Source: Kiritimatiellia bacterium (GTDB lineage: Bacteria > Verrucomicrobiota > Kiritimatiellia > RFP12 > UBA1067). From it: a stretch of 64,000 nt of DNA. The stretch spans positions 1,951 through 65,950 of the forward strand of contig JAEEOY010000290.1 in the NCBI GenBank assembly GCA_016284515.1. Reading direction: 5' to 3'. Each line of letters starts with the position of its first letter. Position 1 is the stretch's first letter. The notes below the pieces were generated by a model, which was not told the origin of the DNA, did not search any database, and was given only the letters and a program-made list of their open reading frames with translations. Below are positions 52,228 to 60,856 of this stretch, one piece after another. The translations under genes were made by a program, and so were the position numbers.

Positions 52228-54873
52228 ATGATGGAGACAATCCAGCATGAGTTGATGCGCGCCTGCCTTATGGGGCTGGCGGCGTCGCTTGCCGTACTTG
52301 CGTTTCGGTCGTCGTTTGTTCGTGGCTCGCTTGCACGGCTGACATTGCTGTGGCGTGGCATGACGACATTCGGACGCGCCGCCGTATGCTCGTTTCTTCT
52401 CGTCGGAATCCTTGTTGGCGGAGACAAAACAAACAACGTCAACAATCTGCCGCCGCAGATTATGCAGGGCGGAGGTTCTTTTGAGACAGGATTTACAGGA
52501 TTGGCAGGATTATCAGCGGCGTTGCTTTACCCGCCATCGTCTCCAAATCCTGTTAATCTTGTTAATCCTGTCCAAAACCAATCCCCCGTCCAAACCACTA
52601 GCGAGGACATCGCTCGCGGATATCGTCAGGTCTGTGTTACGGCAAACGAGAGCGTTTCCTACACCATGCCGACAGGCGCGGCCATAGTTGGCAACTGGCA
52701 CAGACGCGGCACATTTAGCGAGTGGATGCGTCTCGATCTTGGCGGCTTCGCCTTTCCTCTTGGTACGAACGAAACAGCGTATTCGGCGTTCTCCGTTTTC
52801 AACGACGGCAAGATACGTCCCACACCGCGCGATGACGCGCACGAGATTTGCGCTGTAGGTGTTCCGATGCTTGCAATGCAGGGCGCGAGCCGCTTCTGGG
52901 TTGCGGAATGTGATGACGGATCGAAGCTTCTCACATGGGAGAATCTCTTCTTGAATGCCGACACGAACACGCCCGTCAACGCGCAGATACAGCTTTATCC
53001 AAACGGCGGCTTCGCGACTCGTTCAAACGATGTCGAGACAGTCTACGAGCGCATAAATCCGCACGACTGGGACGGGGACGGAAAAGAGAACGGAACCGAC
53101 GCGAATCCGACTGTCTGCGACGGCGACTTCTTTGGGGTGGCAAATGCCTTGCCGACAAACGCAAATCCGGATGCCTACTACTGGCTTGATATTTCGGTGA
53201 CTGGGGTCCTTGGCGTTGCATCTATCAGCATCACATGCGATGGACCGAGCGATCTCGGCGACCATGCGATAATTGCGCGAACGAACGAAGTCTGCCATGT
53301 CCCGCTCCTCGCTGGCGCGACATACGATGTGGAAAGTAATTTGCCGATCTCTCTCTCCACCGTATCAAGCGAGTATGCCACGATTGAAACGAATTCTGAG
53401 AGGTCCTTGACCGTGACTCTGCCGCTTGAGTTTTCGTTTGAGCGAATCCAGATGAGAGGGGCGATGGACGCAGTCAACTACGGCGTGTCATCTTCACCAA
53501 TCAATGTCTTCCCGTCCGTCGTCTCCTGTTCGGGTGGATGTTGCTCCCTTCAAGTTGTAGACGGTGCCCTACGTTGGGTTTGCTCGCCGACATGCACATG
53601 CGGAGGCGCGGATCATCTCCTTGATTCGACGGTGCGCTGGGAAGGGTATTCAACGTCGTTCTTTGGGTATGCCGCGTGCGGGTGCGGTGATGATGCGCCG
53701 GATCCAGTGCCGCAGTCTGGGCCGTATGCCGCGTCGGTTTCTGTCGGTTTCAGCAAGAACGCCGTTATCTTCGAGGATGGATATTTGGATCAACCAGGGC
53801 GGTTTGTCCCGCGAAGATCATCGGCGACGGCACTGACGATCCATGCAAACGGTGGGTCTAACGGCGGCGTTCTGTCTGTGTCTTCTACGAACCTTTCAAA
53901 GCTCCAGAAGAATTCCGGCCCCGCATTCCCCGCACAGTCGATTGCAGTTCCCGCTGACCACTCCATCACATACGAGATGAACTATGTGGGATTGTCGGCG
54001 AGTGATACGACAAACGATGTCGTCGTAAGCGCGACGCTGACGGAAAATGGGACGGGCGCGATCTCTACGAGTGCTGCCTCGGCGACGGTGGTAAAGGTTG
54101 AACTGGAATCGCGCAACACTGCATCTGCGAATAAGGATAGGCATCGGCATACATTTGGCGTCTTAGAGGCATTTGATTATCGGCAATATCCTTCTGATGC
54201 TCCCGTAGCATGGTACTTTTGTGAGGGTGAAACAGAGCTGCTACCTTTTTCCCCTGGGTATATGATATTGAATGCGACAACAAATGAGACATCAGGTGGG
54301 CATTGCGAGTTTCGCGCAACATGCGGGGGTGCGGCATATACCAACGATTTTCTAATGGTGATGCCTCGCATTGAGGTCCAAAACCCGCGATGCAACGAAA
54401 ACCAGACAATGATATACGGTGAGGCAGGGTGGTTATTGCTTCATATGGATTTCCTTGTCGGTCCGTTTTATGTTTCATTCATGGGTGTAGATTTTATGGA
54501 GATACCCGACGAAAGCGGAAATTGCCCACATTCCGGTTATTACAACGATGTCACTAAAGGAGGATATCTCTCACATTGTGCGTTGGCTGGAGCGGGAAAA
54601 TGGAATAGAGTTAACGGGAATGGATATTGGTGCCGAGACATGGCAGGTCGCGCTGGTAGGTATGAGGCACCATGGTCTAATGGCTGGAAGGAATGGCCAA
54701 TTCCAATAGGCTGGGGCATGAATCAGATACTGCTGGGACAGTTTGACGCACCTCCAACAACGCAAAAGTTTACGTTGAGTTCGAATGGGACCTTTACAAT
54801 TCGAAAGTTCTGGTTCGAAGCCACCAGGGGCATTTTAGACGTTCTTCCAACCATAAGGAGAGTCGAGGAATGA
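52228..54873 (+). CDS. 881-aa membrane-anchored/exported protein, unknown family (Cys cluster, TSP3-like Ca-binding motif)
   Basis: N-terminal hydrophobic segments (LMGLAASLAVLAF, AAVCSFLLVGILVGG). DWDGDGKENGTDANP is thrombospondin-type-3-like. Cys-rich block CSGGCCSLQVVDGALRWVCSPTCTCGG..ACGCGDD. Confidence 0.6.
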   Translation: MMETIQHELMRACLMGLAASLAVLAFRSSFVRGSLARLTLLWRGMTTFGRAAVCSFLLVGILVGGDKTNNVNNLPPQIMQGGGSFETGFTGLAGLSAALLYPPSSPNPVNLVNPVQNQSPVQTTSEDIARGYRQVCVTANESVSYTMPTGAAIVGNWHRRGTFSEWMRLDLGGFAFPLGTNETAYSAFSVFNDGKIRPTPRDDAHEICAVGVPMLAMQGASRFWVAECDDGSKLLTWENLFLNADTNTPVNAQIQLYPNGGFATRSNDVETVYERINPHDWDGDGKENGTDANPTVCDGDFFGVANALPTNANPDAYYWLDISVTGVLGVASISITCDGPSDLGDHAIIARTNEVCHVPLLAGATYDVESNLPISLSTVSSEYATIETNSERSLTVTLPLEFSFERIQMRGAMDAVNYGVSSSPINVFPSVVSCSGGCCSLQVVDGALRWVCSPTCTCGGADHLLDSTVRWEGYSTSFFGYAACGCGDDAPDPVPQSGPYAASVSVGFSKNAVIFEDGYLDQPGRFVPRRSSATALTIHANGGSNGGVLSVSSTNLSKLQKNSGPAFPAQSIAVPADHSITYEMNYVGLSASDTTNDVVVSATLTENGTGAISTSAASATVVKVELESRNTASANKDRHRHTFGVLEAFDYRQYPSDAPVAWYFCEGETELLPFSPGYMILNATTNETSGGHCEFRATCGGAAYTNDFLMVMPRIEVQNPRCNENQTMIYGEAGWLLLHMDFLVGPFYVSFMGVDFMEIPDESGNCPHSGYYNDVTKGGYLSHCALAGAGKWNRVNGNGYWCRDMAGRAGRYEAPWSNGWKEWPIPIGWGMNQILLGQFDAPPTTQKFTLSSNGTFTIRKFWFEATRGILDVLPTIRRVEE
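52487..52570. repeat. phased heptamer inverted-repeat array inside a CDS (3x CAGGATT ... 3x AATCYTG, 9-nt period)
   Basis: CAGGATT at 52487, 52496 and 52505. AATCCTG, AATCTTG and AATCCTG at 52546, 52555 and 52564. The 25-nt arms are 21/25 complementary across a 34-nt spacer. 84 nt is exactly 28 codons. Confidence 0.7.
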
Positions 54874-55673
54874 AGAGGAAATTGATAGTGGCCGCCGGAA
54901 TGGTTGTTGCGGTGGTTGGCGGAGTGACGGGCACGGCGCTTTGCCTGTCGCGCTGTCTATCCGTTTCATTTGAATGTCGGGTCGATTTTCTTTATGAGTT
55001 CGACAGGCCGTTCAAGGATGTTCCGGGGCGCGGAACACTCAATGCTGACGAGAGCAATCGTAACTCCCGATATGAGAGTATTTTAGATGACTTCAGGCGC
55101 GATATGCTATTTTGCGCGTCTAAAGACGGGATCATTAGGTGTCAGCGAGACTCGGCCTTTCAGGGCGAACCTGATTCGCGTATCACGGCTGTACTCTCGT
55201 CGGTTCGTCTCGATGTCACAGGAATGCCGAGCACTAACTTCGTATATCCGTGCAGGCTTGTCCTGTCTGATGGCGACAGGAGGGCCCTTGATGTGTATGC
55301 ACGTTTTTGCATGGATAAGGTCAAGGAGCAATTGGAAGAGGAGAACATGATTTCGATTGGCAGGGGTACAACAAGAGAGTTTCAGGTGTTAAAAAAGTCC
55401 GAGAAGAAGATAGAAGAACTCGAGAAAGCCATTGTAAAAGGCGAGGTCTCTCCATCTGTGAAGAATGAGTTGCGTAATGAGAGACGGACTGTCGATGAGA
55501 TGAAAAAGAAGATTGAAGAGATCAAGGAGTTAGTGTTGTCAACGGGCGGGCGGCGTATAATCTATGAGACGCCGCCGGAGATATCGTGGGTTATCCGGCG
55601 CAAATCACGGAAACCCTCGGCTGCCGTGGGCGATATGGCGCATTCACCAGTCTCATCCGAGGAGATGAAATGA
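54870..55673 (+). CDS. N-terminally anchored coiled-coil protein, unknown family
   Basis: ATGA overlap with the upstream stop. AAGGAG at 54855-54860. TM segment LIVAAGMVVAVVGGVTGTAL. Charged coiled coil KKSEKKIEELEKAIVKGE..DEMKKKIEEIKEL. Confidence 0.6.
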   Translation: MKRKLIVAAGMVVAVVGGVTGTALCLSRCLSVSFECRVDFLYEFDRPFKDVPGRGTLNADESNRNSRYESILDDFRRDMLFCASKDGIIRCQRDSAFQGEPDSRITAVLSSVRLDVTGMPSTNFVYPCRLVLSDGDRRALDVYARFCMDKVKEQLEEENMISIGRGTTREFQVLKKSEKKIEELEKAIVKGEVSPSVKNELRNERRTVDEMKKKIEEIKELVLSTGGRRIIYETPPEISWVIRRKSRKPSAAVGDMAHSPVSSEEMK

Positions 55674-56182
55674 GTAGACTGAAATCTTATTTATTCGCTC
55701 CTGCTGCCTTGCTGTGCGCGCTTGCCATGCCGCTCTCTCTCTTGGCTGTGCGGACCGTTGCGCTGCCGTCGCTGCCGACAGGGGAACTGCCCAACAGCGA
55801 GGTCGTGACGAACATTGCGCTTGACGTCAATTCCGAAAGGCTCATTTGCCTGACTTTTTCTCTTGAGCTGGACGCGAGCACGTCGAACGGAGTCTCGATC
55901 GCCGTAGGCGCGGCTGCGGGAGAAACACTGATGCTGGAAGAGGCGGATTTCGAGTGGGGCTACGACTGCGGGAAATGGTTCTACGCCGACACAGCGACCG
56001 GCGAAGTCGAGGAGTGGACAGATGTCTTCACTGGGAGGGTTTCGCGGACATTGTCAATCGCTGGCTGCGACTTCAATCCACTGTGGAATCGACTTAAGAT
56101 CACAAAGCGGGGGACGGGCGATATCGAGATAGATTCGTCGTTGACCGTCGAGAACAAGAAATTTTCAATCAGGCTGCGCTGA
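55670..56182 (+). CDS. small exported protein, unknown family, ending in the KFSIRLR tail
   Basis: ATGA overlap with the upstream stop. Signal peptide MSRLKSYLFAPAALLCALAMPLSLLA. 170 aa. The track ORF 55586 is over-extended. Confidence 0.6.
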   Translation: MSRLKSYLFAPAALLCALAMPLSLLAVRTVALPSLPTGELPNSEVVTNIALDVNSERLICLTFSLELDASTSNGVSIAVGAAAGETLMLEEADFEWGYDCGKWFYADTATGEVEEWTDVFTGRVSRTLSIAGCDFNPLWNRLKITKRGTGDIEIDSSLTVENKKFSIRLR

Positions 56183-56184
56183 TT

Positions 56185-56193
56185 TGATATAAT
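56185..56193 (+). promoter_or_regulatory. extended -10 promoter (TGaTATAAT) driving the RND gene from the island edge
   Basis: Starts 3 nt after the island's last stop codon. ATG 56207 is 13 nt downstream. Confidence 0.5.
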
Positions 56194-56206
56194 AAGAGGC
56201 ACAATC

Positions 56207-59200
56207 ATGAAATTATCGTTAAGAAAATCCATTGACGAGATAAAGACGTTCTCGAGGATCTTCGTGGAGCGTCCGCGCTTCGCGATGGTCATCGCGATCG
56301 TGCTGTCCATGGCCGGCACGATGTCGATCTTCAACCTGCCCGTCACGCAGTATCCGCGCGTGACGCCTCCTTCGATACAGGTGAGCTACAACTATCCGGG
56401 CGCAAACGCGAAGGAGGTGCTGAACACCGTCGCGATGCCGCTCGAGGACGAGGTGAACGGCGTGGACGACATGCTCTACATGACGGGCCAGTGCGGCGAC
56501 GACGGAAGCTACTCGCTCAACGTCTCGTTCGAGGTCGAGTCTGACCGCGACATGGACCAGGTCAAGGTGCAGAACCGCGTCGTGCAGGCGGAGCCGAAGC
56601 TCCCCGCGGAGGTCAGACAGCTCGGCGGACGAATCCGCGCGCAGAACTCCGACATGCTCGGCTTCATCGCGGTACGCTCGCCGAACGGGACGCTCTCGCG
56701 CCTGCAGATATCCGACTACATCTACGCTAACATCCAGCCGGTGCTCCTGCGAGTCCCGGGCGTGGGCGACGCGACGGTGTACGGTCCGAAGCTCTCGATG
56801 CGCGTCTGGCTCGACCCCGCGCGCATGGCCGCGCAGGGAATGAACACCGAGGAGGTGATGGCGGCGGTCTCGAAGCAGAACATCCAGGCCTCGCTCGGAT
56901 CCGTCGGCGCGGCGCCCACGGGCGGACACGCCGCGTGGACGATGTCGCTCCTCGCGAAGGGACGCCTCATGTCCGCGAAGGAGTTCGACGACATCGTCGT
57001 GCGGCGCGACGCGAACGGAGGCGTCGTGCGCCTGAAGGACATCGCGCGCACGGAAATCGGCGAGCAGAACTACATGTTCACCGGACAGCTCAACGGCGGG
57101 AACGCCGTCTCGATCGCTCTCCAGCAGAAGCCGGGCGCGAACGCCATCGCGACGATGAAGGCGATACGCAAGGCGATGGCGCAGCTCGAGGAGGCGTTCC
57201 CGGACGACCTCGAGTGGGTCATCCCCTACGATGCGACGGACTACGTGAGCACGTGCATCGACGAGATCGTGTACACGCTGCTCATCACGTTCGGACTCGT
57301 CGTGCTCGTCTGCTACCTGTTCCTGCAGGACTGGCGCGCGACGCTGATTCCGTGCCTCACCATCCCCGTGTCGCTTTCCTCGACGTTCATCCTGATGGCC
57401 TTCCTCGGCTACTCGATCAACATCCTCACTCTGTTCGGACTCGTCCTCGCGATCGGCGTCGTGGTAGACGACTGCATCGTCGTGGTGGAGCGCGTCCAGT
57501 TCCTCATCGAGACGCGCGGCCTCAACTCGAAGGAGGCGGCGATCCAGGCGATGAGCGACGTGACCTCCGCCGTCATCGCGACGACGCTCGTCCTTCTCGG
57601 CATCTTCGTCCCCGTCGGCTTCATGAGCGGCATCACCGGACGCATCTACCAGCAGTTCTCCGTGACGCTCTCCGCTGCGGTCTGCTTCTCGACCGTGTGC
57701 GCGCTCACGCTCGCGCCGGCGCTCTGCTCGCTCATCCTGCACGAGGCGAGGCCCTACAAGCACGGACCTCTCGCGTGGTTCAACTGGGCGATCAACTCGT
57801 TCAAGGGACTCTTCGTCAGGCTCGCGAAGTGGCTTGCGTCGCGCATCTTCCTTGCGCTCGCGCTCCTCGTGCTCACGGTCCTGCTGACCGTCCAGATGTT
57901 CCGCTCGACGCAGACGGCGTTCCTCCCCGAGGAGGACCAGTGCGTCGTCTTCGCATCCATGGAGATGCCCGAGGGATCGACCCGCGACCGCACGCGCGAC
58001 GTGTCGCTCCGCGCAGTTGATCTCCTCCTCAAGGTCCCCGAGGTGCGCAGCGTCCTCACGATCACCGGCTTCTCGATGGTCGGCGGACGCGGCGAGAACC
58101 AGTCGATGGTCATCATCGACCTCAAGGACTGGTCGGAGCGCAAGGGCAAGGACCAGAGCGCCGCGGCGATGGTGCAGAAGCTGCAGGCCTACCTCGCGCA
58201 GGTCCCGGAGCCGAACTGGAAGGTGTTCATGCCTCCGGCCATCCCCGGACTCGGCATGACGAACGGAATCAGCGTCGACCTCCAGGACAAGGGCACGGCG
58301 GATCCGATCCGCATGGACGGTGTGAAGAACCGCGTCCTCGCCGAGCTCAACGACAAGACGAAGCATCCTGACATCATGGTCGCGTACTCGGGCTACAACG
58401 CCGTCACGCCGCACCTCCGCTTCAACCTCGACCGCGTGAAGGCCGAGATGTACAAGGTGCCGGTAGCGACGGTCTACTCGACGCTGCAGAACTACCTCGG
58501 CTCGCGCTACGTAAACGACGTCAACCTCGGTACGCAGGTGAACCGCGTGACGGTTCAGGCAGACTGGGACGGACGCGCCACGCCCGAGGCCGTCTCGCGC
58601 CTCTACGTGCGCGGCGAGAACGGGGCGATGGTGCAGATCGGCTCGCTCGGTGACATCACGCGCGAACTCGGTCCGCGCACGGTCTACACGCGCGACAAGT
58701 ACGTCTCGTGCGGCATAACCGTGATGCCGATGCCCGGCGTCGCATCCGGCAAGATCATGAACGACCTCAGGCAGGTCTTCAGGGACGTCCTTCCGGAGGA
58801 CTACGGATACGACTGGGCGGCGCTCTCCTTCCAGGAGGCGCGCAACGAGGGCGGCGCGGCGCCGCTCATCGCGCTCGCGATTCTGTTCGGATACCTCTTC
58901 CTCGTCGCGCAGTACGAGTCGTGGACGATTCCGCTCCCCGTGATGCTCTCGATCTTCGTCGCCGTGTTCGGCGCGCTGTGCGGACTCAAGTGGTTCGGCA
59001 TCTGGATGACGGGCTCGCCGTATCCGCTGTCGATATACGCGCAGCTCGGCCTCGTCCTTCTCGTCGGCCTTGCCTCCAAGAATGCGATCTTGATCGTCGA
59101 GTTCGCGAAGGACAAGCGCGAGAACGAGGGCTACTCGATCGCGGACGCCGCGGGCGCGGCGGCTGGCGAGCGTCTCAGGGCGCTTTTGATGACGGCCTTG

Positions 59201-59434
59201 ACGACGCTCCTCGGCACTCTCCCGATGATGATCGCGACGGGCGCGGGCGCGGCGAGCCGCAACCACCTCGGCACGACCGAGTTCTGGGGCATGTTCGCGT
59301 CCGTGTCGTTCGGAATCCTCCTGGTTCCGGGGCTCTACGCGCTCTTCCAGACGTGGCGCGAGAACGTGAAGCGCTTCTTCGCGTACCTCTCCGCCACGGC
59401 GCTCCGCCGCCGCCAGCTCAAGGCCCGCGCCTGA
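56207..59434 (+). CDS. efflux RND transporter permease (HAE1/AcrB family) with atypical AT-rich 14-codon N-terminal extension
   Basis: 1075 aa, 12-TM pattern. [35 protein letters not shown] and [16 protein letters not shown] are canonical RND segments. Confidence 0.92.
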   Translation: MKLSLRKSIDEIKTFSRIFVERPRFAMVIAIVLSMAGTMSIFNLPVTQYPRVTPPSIQVSYNYPGANAKEVLNTVAMPLEDEVNGVDDMLYMTGQCGDDGSYSLNVSFEVESDRDMDQVKVQNRVVQAEPKLPAEVRQLGGRIRAQNSDMLGFIAVRSPNGTLSRLQISDYIYANIQPVLLRVPGVGDATVYGPKLSMRVWLDPARMAAQGMNTEEVMAAVSKQNIQASLGSVGAAPTGGHAAWTMSLLAKGRLMSAKEFDDIVVRRDANGGVVRLKDIARTEIGEQNYMFTGQLNGGNAVSIALQQKPGANAIATMKAIRKAMAQLEEAFPDDLEWVIPYDATDYVSTCIDEIVYTLLITFGLVVLVCYLFLQDWRATLIPCLTIPVSLSSTFILMAFLGYSINILTLFGLVLAIGVVVDDCIVVVERVQFLIETRGLNSKEAAIQAMSDVTSAVIATTLVLLGIFVPVGFMSGITGRIYQQFSVTLSAAVCFSTVCALTLAPALCSLILHEARPYKHGPLAWFNWAINSFKGLFVRLAKWLASRIFLALALLVLTVLLTVQMFRSTQTAFLPEEDQCVVFASMEMPEGSTRDRTRDVSLRAVDLLLKVPEVRSVLTITGFSMVGGRGENQSMVIIDLKDWSERKGKDQSAAAMVQKLQAYLAQVPEPNWKVFMPPAIPGLGMTNGISVDLQDKGTADPIRMDGVKNRVLAELNDKTKHPDIMVAYSGYNAVTPHLRFNLDRVKAEMYKVPVATVYSTLQNYLGSRYVNDVNLGTQVNRVTVQADWDGRATPEAVSRLYVRGENGAMVQIGSLGDITRELGPRTVYTRDKYVSCGITVMPMPGVASGKIMNDLRQVFRDVLPEDYGYDWAALSFQEARNEGGAAPLIALAILFGYLFLVAQYESWTIPLPVMLSIFVAVFGALCGLKWFGIWMTGSPYPLSIYAQLGLVLLVGLASKNAILIVEFAKDKRENEGYSIADAAGAAAGERLRALLMTALTTLLGTLPMMIATGAGAASRNHLGTTEFWGMFASVSFGILLVPGLYALFQTWRENVKRFFAYLSATALRRRQLKARA

Positions 59435-59449
59435 CGGTGGCGTTTCCGA

Positions 59450-59479
59450 TTGACGGGAGCGGAGAAAAAAGAGTAAAAT
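59450..59479 (+). promoter_or_regulatory. sigma70-type promoter upstream of hom
   Basis: TTGACG (59450-59455), 18 nt, TAAAAT (59474-59479). Confidence 0.45.
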
Positions 59480-59507
59480 ATCCGCTTCAATTGCAAAAAG
59501 GCAGAAT

Positions 59508-60803
59508 ATGAAGCAGATTGGAGTCGGAATACTCGGATTCGGAACCGTCGGCGCAGGAGTCGCCGACGGTCTTCTGAAGCATCGCGACGTCATGGCGAAG
59601 CGCCTCGGCGTCGACATTGTACTCAAGAAGATTGCGGACCTCGACATCACGACGGACCGCGGCATCAGCGTCCCCGAAGGTGTGCTCACGACGGACGCAG
59701 GATCCGTCCTCGCTGACCCCGAGGTGGACATCATCGTCGAGACGATCGGTGGCACGGGGATCGCGAAGACGTTCGTCCTCACGGCGCTCGGCAACGGAAA
59801 GTGCGTCGTCACCGCGAACAAGAAGCTCCTCGCGGAGCACGGACGCGAGATATTCGAGACGGCGGCGAAGAACGACGTCGACATCTACTTCGGCGCGTCC
59901 GTCGGAGGCGGAATCCCGATCATCCGCGTGCTGCGCGAAGGCCTTGCCGGAAACGAGATCGAGTCCATACACGGCATCCTCAACGGAACGTGCAACTACA
60001 TTCTCACGCGCATGGAGAACGAGGGGCTTCCCTTCGACAATGTCCTTAAGGACGCGCAGAAGCTCGGCTACGCGGAGGCCAATCCCTCCCTCGACATCGA
60101 CGGATTCGACACCGCGCACAAGGCGTGCATCCTCGCGGCGCTCGCGTACGGCTTCCAGCCGACGCTCGACCAGGTGCAGGTCGAGGGAATCCGCAACCTC
60201 GCCGGCGCAGACGTGAAGTACGCCGCGGACTTCGGCTACCGCATCAAGCTCCTCGCCGTCGTGGCGAAGGAGGGAGACGAGGTGGAGGTCGGGGTGCATC
60301 CGACGCTCATCCCGTTCTCGCACATGCTCGCCAACGTGAACGACGCGTTCAACGCCGCGTACGTGAAGGGCGACATGTCGGACTACACGATGTACTATGG
60401 ACGCGGCGCGGGCCGCGCGCCGACGGCTTCGACCGTGATCGGCGACATCGGCGACATCGCGCGCAACCTCGCCTACGACGAGACGCGCTATGCGCGCGGC
60501 GTGCCGAACTACGCGGAGGGCAAGGTGCGCCTCCGCGCGGCGGGCGACATCAAGTCGAAGTACTACCTCAGGTTCATGCTCACGGACCGTCCCGGCGCGA
60601 TGGGCGTCGTCGCGTCCGCGCTCGGCAAGCACGGCGTGTCCATCTCCGCGCTGTCGCAGAAGGAGTCGTCCGAGGGCAACCTCCCCGTCCCCGTCGTCGC
60701 GATGACGCGCGTCGCGAAGGCGTCCGACATCGACGCGGCGCTCGAGGAGATCAAGGCCGCCGGCGTCACGGGCGAGGACCCCGTGAAGCTCAGGGTCCTG
60801 TAA
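59508..60803 (+). CDS. hom: homoserine dehydrogenase (with C-terminal ACT domain)
   Basis: GILGFGTVGAGV, VVTANKKLLA, FGASVGGGIPII, GILNGTCNYILT and AQKLGYAEANPSLDIDGFDTAHK are canonical segments. Confidence 0.92.
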   Translation: MKQIGVGILGFGTVGAGVADGLLKHRDVMAKRLGVDIVLKKIADLDITTDRGISVPEGVLTTDAGSVLADPEVDIIVETIGGTGIAKTFVLTALGNGKCVVTANKKLLAEHGREIFETAAKNDVDIYFGASVGGGIPIIRVLREGLAGNEIESIHGILNGTCNYILTRMENEGLPFDNVLKDAQKLGYAEANPSLDIDGFDTAHKACILAALAYGFQPTLDQVQVEGIRNLAGADVKYAADFGYRIKLLAVVAKEGDEVEVGVHPTLIPFSHMLANVNDAFNAAYVKGDMSDYTMYYGRGAGRAPTASTVIGDIGDIARNLAYDETRYARGVPNYAEGKVRLRAAGDIKSKYYLRFMLTDRPGAMGVVASALGKHGVSISALSQKESSEGNLPVPVVAMTRVAKASDIDAALEEIKAAGVTGEDPVKLRVL

Positions 60804-60814
60804 AGGCCGAGGAC

Positions 60815-60846
60815 CTTTCAACTTTTCAACCTTTCAACATTTCAAC
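60815..60846 (+). repeat. four tandem octamers (nTTTCAAC) directly upstream of the aspartate kinase start
   Basis: CTTTCAAC TTTTCAAC CTTTCAAC ATTTCAAC at 60815-60846. ATG is at 60857. Confidence 0.8.
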
Positions 60847-60856
60847 TTCCAAAGAC

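Larger units (their letters stand above)
49569..56248 (+). other. lower-GC genomic island inserted between the MFP and RND genes
   Basis: Hand-counted 60-nt lines inside give ~47-57% GC, against ~65% in the flanks. The GC step on the right falls at codon 15 of the RND gene. Contains four genes. No integrase or terminal repeats found. Confidence 0.6.

Noticed and set aside
52228-56182. Island genes as the missing outer-membrane factor of the efflux system
   Set aside because: No TolC/OprM-like features are present (no lipobox followed by coiled-coil beta-barrel repeats). The composition indicates foreign origin.
56219-59884. 1221-aa minus-strand ORF
   Set aside because: It is antisense to a canonical RND permease and to the start of hom. 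The translation is Arg/Glu/Asp/His-rich low-complexity sequence, typical of GC-driven shadow ORFs.
60125-60856. 5' part of the 696-aa track ORF
   Set aside because: It overlaps hom out of frame. The aspartate kinase N-terminus MKVCKFGGSS begins at 60857.
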